From Nemertoderma westbladi (Eukaryota; Animalia; Xenacoelomorpha): a stretch of 64,000 bases of DNA. The number at the start of each line of letters is the position of its first letter. The first letter of the stretch is position 1. The stretch covers positions 62,001 to 126,000 of the forward strand of contig JAUCBJ010008230.1 in NCBI GenBank assembly GCA_032718475.1, in the 5' to 3' direction. This document shows, one piece after another, positions 12,389-24,283 of the stretch. The notes under the pieces are model-generated. The model searched no databases. It was given only the letters and a program-made list of their open reading frames with translations, and was not told the DNA's origin. A program made the position numbers and the translations under genes.

Positions 12389-12563
12389 CTGTGCAGCTCT
12401 GTTTGAGGGAATGTCCCTCAATAGCGAGTTGATGGATGGACCAAACATGAATAATTATCTTATGGGGGTGATTATGCGCTTCCGTCAGCGTCAAGTAGCT
12501 TTTACTTGTGACGTTGAAGCGATGTTTCACCAAGTGAGAGCGTAAGAGCGAGACAGAGACAGT

Positions 12564-14630
12564 TTGCGGTTCCTCTGGTACCCGGAAGGAGACTTAAGTC
12601 TACCACCGGCGACTTACCAAATGCAAGTTCGCGTTTTCGGTGCCAGGGACAGCCCAAACTGCACGATGTACGCCCTAAAACAAGCCGCTAGGGATCAGAA
12701 ACACCTGTATGACCCAGAGATAATTAGGATTGTGGAACGTGACTTTTACGTCGACGACGGATTACAGAGTTGCGACACAGTAGAACGTGCTACAACAGTA
12801 GCACATCAATTACGGGACTGCTTGGCGGGCGGAGGTTTTAACCTCACCAAATTCACCTCAAACAGTGCCGAATTAGTAGACTCATTCGGAACGACTGAGC
12901 GTGGAGGTGGTGACATAGACCTAGAGTTCGAACCACTACCGACGACCAAGGTGTTGGGGCTCTTTTGGGACCCAAACACGGACAACTTTCGAGTAAAGGT
13001 GAGACTGGACAGTCAAGAAAACACACTGACAAAGAGATCATGCTTGTCAAAATTGAGCCGATTGTTCGATCCATTAGGATTCATCAGCACAATTATACTG
13101 CAAGCCCGCATTTATATGCGCAGTATTTGGAAGGATGGACTGACATGGGACGAGCCGATCTCATCAGACCAAGTGGACTTATGGAAGACCTGGGAGGCGG
13201 AATTATCTTCGCTAGAGGATTATTCCATACCCAGAGTCTACTTTCCATTACAAACTACATTTCCTGACAACTTGGAACTACATTGTTTTTCTGACGCCAG
13301 TGACAACGGTTTTGGTGTGGCAGCGTACTTGCGCAGACAAGTAGACTCAGAAGAATTCGACGTTTTGCTCATTACTTCTAAGGCAAAAACAATGCCTACT
13401 AAGTATATGACGACACCACGAGCTGAGCTACAAGCCGCAACCCTGTCAACCACAATCGTGAACCTTATACAGACAGAACTACAGTCAAGTTTACAGATAT
13501 TTTATTGGACTGACGCGACGTTGGTTTTATTTTACATAAATAACGACACACTTGAATTCAAGACATTCGTAGCTAACCGTCGCGCGGAAATTCTAGACCG
13601 TTCAATAAAGGAAGATTGGCGACATTGTCCCGGACCACAAAACCCAGCCGATATTGCGTCGCGAGGAATGATGCCTGAGGAATTCTGTAAACCGGAAAAC
13701 AAAGAATTTTGGCAACACGGACCCCAATTCTTGCAGAAATCGACGCAAGATTGGCCACCGTTATACGACAACAAGTCTAACACCATCCCTAAGGACGCCG
13801 AAATCAAGAAACCAAAAAAGGGGAAGGCAAAGAAAAAGACGACGGCGGCGAAACTCAAGAAAAAACCGAAGGCGAAATGGAAAGATATAACTTCAAAGGT
13901 CAAGAGAGGAAGACTTGCGAGCCTTTCTACACCAGACATATCGCCAGACGGTCAAACAGATACGTTACTAGACGGTCAACCAGACGTTTTGCCAGACATG
14001 TCACAAGACGCTTCGCCGGATGTTCCGCGAAACATTTTACAAGACATATCACAAAATGTTCTACCAGACACTAGTAACATATTAACAAATAGTAAAGCCG
14101 CAGTTTCTCTATTGGAGCGGCCTTCTATTGACAAACAACCAGATACGTTACCAGACGTATCGCCAGACACGTTACTAGACGGTCAACCAGACGTTTTGCC
14201 AGACACGTCACTAGATATTTCGCCGGATGTTCCGCGAAACATTTTACCAGACATGTCACAAAATGTTCTACTAGACACTAGTAACATATTGACAAACAAT
14301 AAAGCCGCAGTTTCCCTATTGGAGCGGCCTTGTATTGACAAACTACCAATTTTGACACACTTGAGCAACCATAAGCACGGTGAAACCTCATGTATTACAG
14401 ATGTGGGTAGTACCTACGCTAATGTAAATACAGGTGTTACTCTGCGCTCAAGAGACATACCAAACTTGCAACCTATGGTGAGACCTGGGATTAATGTCGG
14501 CAGAAAAATAAGTTTACCGAAACCCAGTGACCCCATAGAGTTCAAACCACCACTAACGATCGACTTACAAAGTACTGACAATCAAGGTAAGAAGACGAAG
14601 AAGGATAAATTACTTGTAGACCCGGACTGA
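12564..14630 (+). pseudogene. pol: B1 reverse transcriptase and RNase H (Pao type), followed by a low-complexity linker
   Basis: RFLW, FGARDSP, FYVDD (12747-12758), FDPLG, LHCFSDAS, PRAEL, YWTD, NPADIASRG. Confidence 0.95.
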
Positions 14631-14666
14631 TCAACAGTCAACAAGGGAATACTTACCGGCGGACCC

Positions 14667-16161
14667 ATGGGCCCTTCTAGTAATTCAAAACCTTCCAAAA
14701 TCTCCATTGACTTACCTGATGACGTCACAAATACTCACGTCGACCGTATTGTAAACCTAACAGACTCTTGGACGAACGCTTGCCGAAAATTAGCGTGGAT
14801 TGTACGTTTTGTACAATACCTTAAAGGCAAACGTGACTTTACACGTCGACTTACATTGGCTGAGATTGACAGGTGTGAAATTAAATTAATTCGCCATTAC
14901 CAACTGCGATATTTCGCGCGCGAATTCACATCTATAAATCAAGGTCTACCAATCAAGTCGTCACCAATACTGAGTTGGAGTCCGATTATTTATAATGGCT
15001 TAATTTGTCATAAATCTCGGCTTCAAAACATTGACTTTAACACAAACTTTAGATACCCAATAATAATACCGCAACACCACGAACTACAACGTGCAATGAT
15101 ACTGGACGCACATTTACATCTGAAACACGCTGGAAGACACCACTGTCTTTCCTACTTACGTACAAGATTTGTTTTAATTAGACCCAGTAAAGCGTTAAGT
15201 TCAGTGACACGTACGTGTATTATTTGTAAAAAGGTACATTCTAGAATAGGTACCCAAGAAATGAGTGAACTTCCACAAGCACGACTTCAAGCATTCAGAC
15301 CACCTTTTACAGAAACTGGAATTGATTGCTTTGGTCCCATACATACGAAACGTGGACGTATACTAGTAAAACGCTGGGGACTGATTTTCACATGTATGTC
15401 CAGTAGGGCAGTTCATATTGAACGTGTGATGGATCTTTCCACCAACGAGTTTATACTAGCATTACGGCGATTTATCGCTAGACGCGGACTAGTAAAATGC
15501 TTGTACTCAGACCAAGGGACAAACTTTGTTGGTGCTCGAAATGAGATTGCTAGAGCCTTTAAGAAATTAGATCATGATCAAATCTCGAACGAACTACAAC
15601 CTCACAAGATTGTTTGGAAGTTTAATCCTCCAGATAGTCCATGGAGAGGCGGAGTCTGGGAGAGATTGATTAGATCTATAAAGACGGCAATGGCAAAAGT
15701 CATTCCAGTAAACCACATATTGACAGACGACCAACTGACAACACTGTTTGTTGAAATCGAGGCAATACTAAATACTAGACCAATAGTATTAGTACCCGAT
15801 GACAAACAATCTCAGTTTGCTTTGACACCGGCACACCTGCTTATGCAGGCACCGACCACATTGACACCTATTTCTATTCCAATAGAAAGCGACAGCTACG
15901 GTAGAAAAGCGTGGAAAATCACGCAACTACTAGCTAACAAATTCTGGGAAATATGGCAAAACCATTATTTGCCCTCTATTTCTGCCAGAACAACATGGTA
16001 CAATAACACCCGCGCATTAAAGCCGGGAGATCACGTGCTGTTAGCAGAAGTGAATCTAAAAAGACGCTTCTGGATAACAGGTGTAATTTTAGCCACACAT
16101 CCATCTATGGATGGAGTGACAAGAACTGTGACGGTACGGACAATTGACGGTCGTACAGTAG
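14667..16161 (+). pseudogene. B1 integrase (HHCC, DDE core, partial C-terminal domain)
   Basis: AHLHLKHAG...CIIC; TGIDCFGP; YSDQGTNF; GGVWERLIRSIK; LNTRP; DGVTRTVTVRT. In frame with the upstream ORF across a TGA at 14628. Confidence 0.95.
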
Positions 16162-16286
16162 TTTTTTGCCAAAAGTTGTATCTACAACCCAACTCTAATT
16201 GTGCCAATTTTCGAAAATACTTGACAATGTTGAAGCACACGACAATGATTTTTGTAAAAAATGCGCTTAGGTGGTGTACCGCCCCC
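16162..16286. mobile_element. Orphan terminus of a TTAA-targeting DNA transposon (Kolobok-like, ends CCCCC|TTAA)
   Basis: 125 bp of sequence unlike both B1 and the satellite, ending GTACCGCCCCC exactly at a satellite TTAA (16287-16290). The other end is absent. Confidence 0.45.
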
Positions 16287-19200
16287 TTAAAGTTATTATG
16301 TAATGCAATAATTCACCTTAAATATCTCAGCTATTTCATGAATATAATGAATATTAAAGCCATGTCAAAATCCTTGGGGATTTTCAGCAATAATTTATCA
16401 AAATATCCTCTGATTTTTTTTCAAAAACCACATCGATTTTCATATTTATAACTTCTAACCCACTCCACGAGATAAAGAATCTTAAACGAAAGTCATAAGA
16501 ACAGGTAACACTTACATTTATAGAAGTAATCAGCTGTTATTTGCTTTGTCTTTCCCCAGGAGATGGATGAATTTTGATTGCGTCGGAACACCCCCTTTCT
16601 GAGGCTCTCAGAGTGGAGAGATAAGTAGCCTATCTCCCTGTTAATATTGTTGTGTTCTAGAATATTTATTATAGTTTCATCGTATTGCCAAAGCGGCTGG
16701 AGCCGAAGTTAATATGTAATGCAATAATTCACCTCAAATATCTCAGCTAGTTCATGAATATAATGAGTATTAAATCCTTGTCAAAATCCTTGGTGTTTTT
16801 CAGCAATAATTCATTAAAATCTCCTCTGATTTTTTACAAAAAACGACATCGATTTTCATATTCTTGACTTCTAACCCACTCCAAGAGATAGACAATCTTA
16901 AATGAAAGTCAAAAGAGCAGGTAACCCTTACATATATAGAAGTAATCAGCTGTTCTTTGCTTCGTCTTTCCCCTGGAGATGGATGAATTTTGATTGTGTC
17001 GGAACACCCCCTTTTTGAGGCTCTCAACGTGAAGAGATAAGTATCCTATCTCCCTGTTAATATTGTTGTGTTCTAGAATATTTATTATAGTTTCATCGTA
17101 TTGCCAAAGCGGCTGGAGCCGAAGTTAATATGTGATACAATAATTCACCTCAAATTTCTCAGCTAATTCATGAATATAATGAGTATTAAAGCCATGTCAA
17201 AATCCTTAGGGTTTTTCAGCAATAATTTATCAAAATATCCTCTGATTTTTTTCAAAAACCACATCGATTATCATATTTATAACTTCTAACCCAATCCACG
17301 AAATAGAGAATCTTAAACGAAAGTCATAAGAACAGGTAACACTTTCATTTATAGAAGTAATCAACTGTTATTTGCTTCGTCTTTCCACAGGAGATGGATG
17401 AAATTTGATTGCGTCGGAACACCCCCTTTTTGAAGCTCTCAGAGTGGACAGATAAGTAGCCTATTTCCCTGTTAATATTTTTCAGTTGTAGAATATTTAT
17501 TATAGTTTCATCGTATTGCTAATGTGGCTGGAGTTAAAGTTATTATGTAATGCAATAATTCACCTTAAATATCTCAGCTATTTCATGAATATAATGAATA
17601 TTAAAGCCATGTCAAAATCCTTGGGGATTTTCAGCAATAATTTATCAAAATATCCTCTGATTTTTTTTCAAAAACCACATCGATTTTCATATTTATAACT
17701 TCTAACCCACTCCACGAGATAGAGAATCTTAAACGAAAGTCATAAGAACAGGTAACACTTACATTTATAGAAGTAATCAGCTGTTATTTGCTTTGTCTTT
17801 CCCCAGGAGATGGATGAATTTTGATTGCGTCGGAACACCCCCTTTCTGAGGCTCTCAGAGTGGAGAGATAAGTAGCCTATCTCCCTGTTAATATTGTTGT
17901 GTTCTAGAATATTTATTTATTATTATTATTATTTGCTTCGTGTTTCCACAGGAGATTGATGAAATTTGATTGCGTCGGAACACCCCCTTTTTGAGGTTCT
18001 CAGATTGAAGAGATAAGTAGCCTATCTCCCTGTTAATATTGTTGTGTTCTAGAATATTTATTATAGTTTCATCGTATTGCCAAAGCGGCTGGAGCCGAAG
18101 TTAATATGTGATACAATAATTCACCTCAAATTTCTCAGCTAATTCATGAATATAATGAGTATTAAAGCCATGTCAAAATCCTTGGGGTTTTTCAGCAATA
18201 ATTTATCAAAATATCCTCTGATTTTTTTCAAAAACCACATCGATTTTCATATTTATAACTTCTAACCCACTCCACGAGATAGATAATCTTAAACGAAAGT
18301 CATAAGAACAGGTAACACTTTCATTTATAGAAGTAATCAACTGTTATTTGCTTCGTCTTTCCACAGGAGATGGATGAAATTTGATTGCGTCGGAACACCC
18401 CCTTTTTGAGGCTCTCAGAGGGAAGAGATAAGTAGCCTATCTCCCTGTTAATATTGTTGTGTTATAAATAATTATTATAGTTTCATCGTATTGCCAAAGC
18501 GGCTGGAGCCGAAGTTAATATGTGATACAATAATTCACCTCAAATTTCTGAGCTATTTCATGAATATAATGAATATTAAAGCCATGTCAAAATCCTTGGG
18601 GATTTTCAGCAATAATTTATCAAAATATCCTCTGATTTTTTTTCAAAAACCACATCGATTTTCATATTTATAACTTCTAACCCACTCCACGAGATAGAGA
18701 ATCTTAAACGAAAGTCATAAGAACAGGTAACACTTACATTTATAGAAGTAATCAGCTGTTATTTGCTTTGTCTTTCCCCAGGAGATGGATGAATTTTGAT
18801 TGCGTCGGAACACCCCCTTTCTGAGGCTCTCAGAGTGGAGAGATAAGTAGCCTATCTCCCTGTTAATATTGTTGTGTTCTAGAATATTTATTTATTATTA
18901 TTATTATTTGCTTCGTGTTTCCACAGGAGATTGATGAAATTTGATTGCGTCGGAACACCCCCTTTTTGAGGTTCTCAGATTGAAGAGATAAGTAGCCTAT
19001 CTCCCTGTTAATATTGTTGTGTTCTAGAATATTTATTATAGTTTCATCGTATTGCCAAAGCGGCTGGAGCCGAAGTTAATATGTGATACAATAATTCACC
19101 TCAAATTTCTCAGCTAATTCATGAATATAATGAGTATTAAAGCCATGTCAAAATCCTTAGGGTTTTTCAGCAATAATTTATCAAAATATCCTCTGATTTT

Positions 19201-22200
19201 TTTCAAAAACCACATCGATTATCATATTTATAACTTCTAACCCAATCCACGAGATAGAGAATCTTAAACGAAAGTCATAAGAACAGGTAACACTTTCATT
19301 TATCGAAGTAATCAGCTGTTCTTTGCTTCGTCTTTCCCCTGGAGATGGATGAATTTTGATTGCGTCGGAACACCCCCTTTTTGAGGCTCTCAGAGTGAAG
19401 AGATAAGTAGCCTATCTCCCTGTTAATATTGTTGTGTTCTAGAATATTTATTATAGTTTCATCGTATTGCCAAAGCGGCTGGAGCCGAAGTTAATATGTA
19501 ATGCAATAATTCACCTCAAATATCTCAGCTAGTTCATGAATATAATGAGTATTAAATCCTTGTCAAAATCCTTGGTGTTTTTCAGCAATAATTCATTAAA
19601 ATCTCCTCTGATTTTTTACAAAAAACGACATCGATTTTCATATTCTTGACTTCTAACCCACTCCAAGAGATAGACAATCTTAAATGAAAGTCAAAAGAGC
19701 AGGTAACACTTACATTTATAGAAGTAATCAGCTATTCTTTGCTTCGTCTTTCCCCTGGAGATGGATGAATTTTGATTGTGTCGGAACACCCCCTTTTTGA
19801 GGCTCTCAACGTGAAGAGATAAGTATCCTATCTCCCTGTTAATATTGTTGTGTTCTAGAATATTTATTATAGTTTCATCGTATTGCCAAAGCGGCTGGAG
19901 CCGAAGTTAATATGTGATACAATAATTCACCTCAAATTTCTCAGCTAATTCATGAATATAATGAGTATTAAAGCCATGTCAAAATCCTTAGGGTTTTTCA
20001 GCAATAATTTATCAAAATATCCTCTGATTTTTTTCAAAAACCACATCGATTATCATATTTATAACTTCTAACCCAATCCACGAGATAGAGAATCTTAAAC
20101 GAAAGTCATAAGAACAGGTAACACTTTCATTTATAGAAGTAATCAACTGTTATTTGCTTCGTCTTTCCACAGGAGATGGATGAAATTTGATTGCGTCGGA
20201 ACACCCCGTTTTTGAAGCTCTCAGAGTGGACAGATAAGTAGCCTATTTCCCTGTTAATATTTTTCTGTTGTAGAATATTTATTATAGTTTCATCGTATTG
20301 CTAATGTGGCTGGAGTTAAAGTTATTATGTAATGCAATAATTCACCTTAAATATCTCAGCTATTTCATGAATATAATGAATATTAAAGCCATGTCAAAAT
20401 CCTTGGGGATTTTCAGCAATAATTTATCAAAATATCCTCTGATTTTTTTTCAAAAACCACATCGATTTTCATATTTATAACTTCTAACCCACTCCACGAG
20501 ATCGAGAATCTTAAACGAAAGTCATAAGAACAGGTAACACTTACATTTATAGAAGTAATCAGCTGTTATTTGCTTTGTCTTTCCCCAGGAGATGGATGAA
20601 TTTTGATTGCGTCGGAACACCCCCTTTCTGAGGCTCTCAGAGTGGAGAGATAAGTAGCCTATCTCCCTGTTAATATTGTTGTGTTCTAGAATATTTATTT
20701 ATTATTATTATTATTTGCTTCGTGTTTCCACAGGAGATTGATGAAATTTGATTGCGTCGGAACACCCCCTTTTTGAGGTTCTCAGATTGAAGAGATAAGT
20801 AGCCTATCTCCCTGTTAATATTGTTGTGTTCTAGAATAATTATTATAGTTTCATCGTATTGCCAAAGCGGCTGGAGCCGAAGTTAATATGTAATGCAATA
20901 ATTCACCTCAAATATCTCAGCTAGTTCATGAATATAATGAGTATTAAATCCTTGTCAAAATCCTTGGTGTTTTTCAGCAATAATTCATTAAAATCTCCTC
21001 TGATTTTTTACAAAAAACGACATCGATTTTCATATTCTTGACTTCTAACCCACTCAAGAGATAGACAATCTTAAATGAAAGTCAAAAGAGCAGGTAACCC
21101 TTACATATATAGAAGTAATCAGCTGTTCTTTGCTTCGTCTTTCCCCTGGAGATGGATGAATTTTGATTGTGTCGGAACACCCCCTTTTTGAGGCTCTCAT
21201 AGTGAAGAGATAAGTATCCTATCTCCCTGTTAATATTGTTGTGTTCTAGAATATTTATTATAGTTTCATCGTATTGCCAAAGCGGCTGGAGCCGAAGTTA
21301 ATATGTGATACAATAATTCACCTCAAATTTCTCAGCTAATTCATGAATATAATGAGTATTAAAGCCATGTCAAAATCCTTAGGGTTTTTCAGCAATAATT
21401 TATCAAAATATCCTCTGATTTTTTTCAAAAACCACATCGATTATCATATTTATAACTTCTAACCCAATCCACGAGATAGAGAATCTTAAACGAAAGTCAT
21501 AAGAACAGGTAACACTTTCATTTATAGAAGTAATCAACTGTTATTTGCTTCGTCTTTCCACAGGAGATGGATGAAATTTGATTGCGTCGGAACACCCCCT
21601 TTTTGAAGCTCTCAGAGTGGACAGATAAGTAGCCTATTTCCCTGTTAATATTTTTCTGTTGTAGAATATTTATTATAGTTTCATCGTATTGCTAATGTGG
21701 CTGGAGTTAAAGTTATTATGTAATGCAATAATTCACCTTAAATATCTCAGCTATTTCATGAATATAATGAATATTAAAGCCATGTCAAAATCCTTGGGGA
21801 TTTTCAGCAATAATTTATCAAAATATCCTCTGATTTTTTTTCAAAAACCACATCGATTTTCATATTTATAACTTCTAACCCACTCCACGAGATAGAGAAT
21901 CTTAAACGAAAGTCATAAGAACAGGTAACACTTACATTTATAGAAGTAATCAGCTGTTATTTGCTTTGTCTTTCCCCAGGAGATGGATGAATTTTGATTG
22001 CGTCGGAACACCCCCTTTCTGAGGCTCTCAGAGTGGAGAGATAAGTAGCCTATCTCCCTGTTAATATTGTTGTGTTCTAGAATATTTATTTATTATTATT
22101 ATTATTTGCCTCGTGTTTCCACAGGAGATTGATGAAATTTGATTGCGTCGGAACACCCCCTTTTTGAGGTTCTCAGATTGAAGAGATAAGTAGCCTATCT

Positions 22201-22693
22201 CCCTGTTAATATTGTTGTGTTCTAGAATAATTATTATAGTTTCATCGTATTGCCAAAGCGGCTGGAGCCGAAGTTAATATGTAATGCAATAATTCACCTC
22301 AAATATCTCAGCTAGTTCATGAATATAATGAGTATTAAAGCCATGTCAAAATCCTTGGGGATTTTCAGCAATAATTTATCAAAATATCCTCTGATTTTTT
22401 TTCAAAAACCACAACAATTTTCATATTTATAACTTCTAACCCCATCCACGAGACAGAGAATCTTAAACGAAAGTCATAAGAACAGGTAACACTTTTATTT
22501 ATAGAAGTAATCAGCTGTTATTTGCTTCGTCTTTCCACAGGAGATGGATGAAATTTGATTGCGTCGGAACACCCCCTTTTTGAGGCTCTCAGAGGTAAGA
22601 GATAAGTAGCATATCTCCCTGTTAATATTGTTGTGTTCTAGAATAATTATTATAGTTTCATCGTATTGCCAAAGCGGCTGGAGCCGAAGTTAA
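16287..22693. repeat. ~415-bp satellite array with 145-bp short-monomer variants
   Basis: Continuous tandem monomers; (TTA)n junction variant near 17910, 18885, 20693 and 22083. Confidence 0.97.
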
Positions 22694-24283
22694 CCCTATT
22701 ACCACTGGGGGGGGGGGCCGAATCGGCCCCTTCCTAGTTTTTAGTTGCTGTAACTATGCACCCACATTACGTACCGGCCCAATTTTTTGTGAGAATTAGT
22801 CAAATTTAATGCCGCATCTTTTGCAAAAAACGCCGTTGCAATTGGATTTCTACTTTTCGATGTGGGTGCCACCTCAAAATTTGGTCTCCAGCACCAAATT
22901 TTTTGAAATTTTCGAATTTTACAAAGTCATTCGTGATTTAGTAATTATTTGTGTTTGGGCTATTTTTATTTATTTTCATTGGTTTGGATCACTCTAATGC
23001 TCTATACAAGTATGTAAGTGTAGTGGTACGTCATTTTTGGAGCACCAAATTTAGGGCGTGGCACTTTAAAATTTCAAAATTACTTTATTCGGAAAATTTA
23101 CTAAAGTTCTGATTTCGAAGCATTTTTATTGGTTTTCTGGAGCGCTGAATCGATTAAAAGTAGTATAGAAGCCTGAAGACTTAGTGGTTCGCCATTTTTG
23201 GTGCACTAAAATTAGGGTGTGGCACTTCAAATTTTGAAAAATACGAGATTCGGAAAATACACTGAAGTTTTGATTTGCAAAGCATTTTTATAGGTTTTCT
23301 GGAGCGCTGAATCGATTGAAAGTAATATAGAAGCCTGAAGACTTAGTGGTTCGCCATTTTTGGTGCACCAAAATTAGGGCGTGGCACTTCAAATTTTGAA
23401 AAATACGAGATTCGAAAAATTCACTAAAGTTTTGATTTTAAATTAATTTTATAGGTTTTCTGGAGCGCTGAATCGATTGAAAGTAATATAGAACCCTGAA
23501 GACTTAGTGGTTCGCCATTTTCGGTGCACCAAAATTAGGGCGTGGCACTTCAAATTTTCAAAATTACTTTATTCGGAAAAAACACTAAAGTTTTGATTTC
23601 AAAAAATGGCTAACTTCTAAATCTTCAGGCTTTTCTATATTACTTTCAATCGATTCAGCGGTCTGGAAAACCTATATAAATTCGTTAAAATGTCAATTTC
23701 GGTTTATTTTCCGAATCTCGTATTTTTCAAAATTTGAAGTGCCACGCCCTAATTTTGGTGCACCAAAAATGGCTAACCACTCAGTCTTCAGGCTTCTATA
23801 TTACTTTCAATCGATTCAGCGGCCCAGAAAACCCATAAAGATGCGTTGAAATAAAAAAATTAGGGGCATTTTCTGAATATCTAATTTTTCAAAATTTGAA
23901 GTGCCACGCCCACTTCTTATGTGCACGAAAAATAGCATCCACTTCAATTTTTGGAAGTGGAATATAATCACATTCGATTCAGCGTCTTGAAAAACCTACT
24001 AAATCTAGCCAACACTGCCACACTATTAGTTTTTAGAAAACGAAAAATTTTGTAATTTTGTCCTGGGACTACTTTTATTTTTCATCAAAATTATGAGTCC
24101 CTGCTTATGAAATTTTAACTTTTTAAGGTTTGGTAGTGTTCATCTATAGTTGTTTCACCAACAGCCCAAATTTTGTAGGATTTCATTGGACGACTACAAA
24201 AATATAGTGGGTGGGCCGAATCGCCCCCCCCCCCCCCCCCCCCCAGTGCTGCTAATGGTCAAAACACCCCAGTGGTAATAGGA
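22694..24283. mobile_element. Non-autonomous piggyBac-like foldback element (1590 bp)
   Basis: TTAA at 22690-22693 and 24284-24287; TIR CCCTATTACCACTGGGG / CCCCAGTGGTAATAGGA (terminal mismatch); subterminal GGGCCGAATCG motif at both ends; no transposase; satellite phase resumes exactly. Confidence 0.9.
23020..24000. repeat. Internal ~162-bp repeats of the piggyBac-like element, direct then inverted about ~23600
   Basis: GACTTAGTGGTTCGCC at 23178, 23340 and 23501; reverse-complement units (GAAGTGCCACGCCC) at ~23736 and ~23898. Confidence 0.85.

Larger units (their letters stand above)
4843..16161 (+). mobile_element. BEL/Pao LTR retrotransposon, copy B1; degenerate and 3'-truncated (no 3' LTR)
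   Basis: Single gag-PR-RT-RH-IN frame order with BEL/Pao-type motifs. The 5' boundary is shared with the copy at 60338. The sequence breaks off within the integrase C-terminal domain. Confidence 0.92.

Noticed and set aside
16162-16451. C-terminal extension of the integrase ORF 14667..16451
   Set aside because: Readthrough into a foreign fragment and satellite after the truncation.
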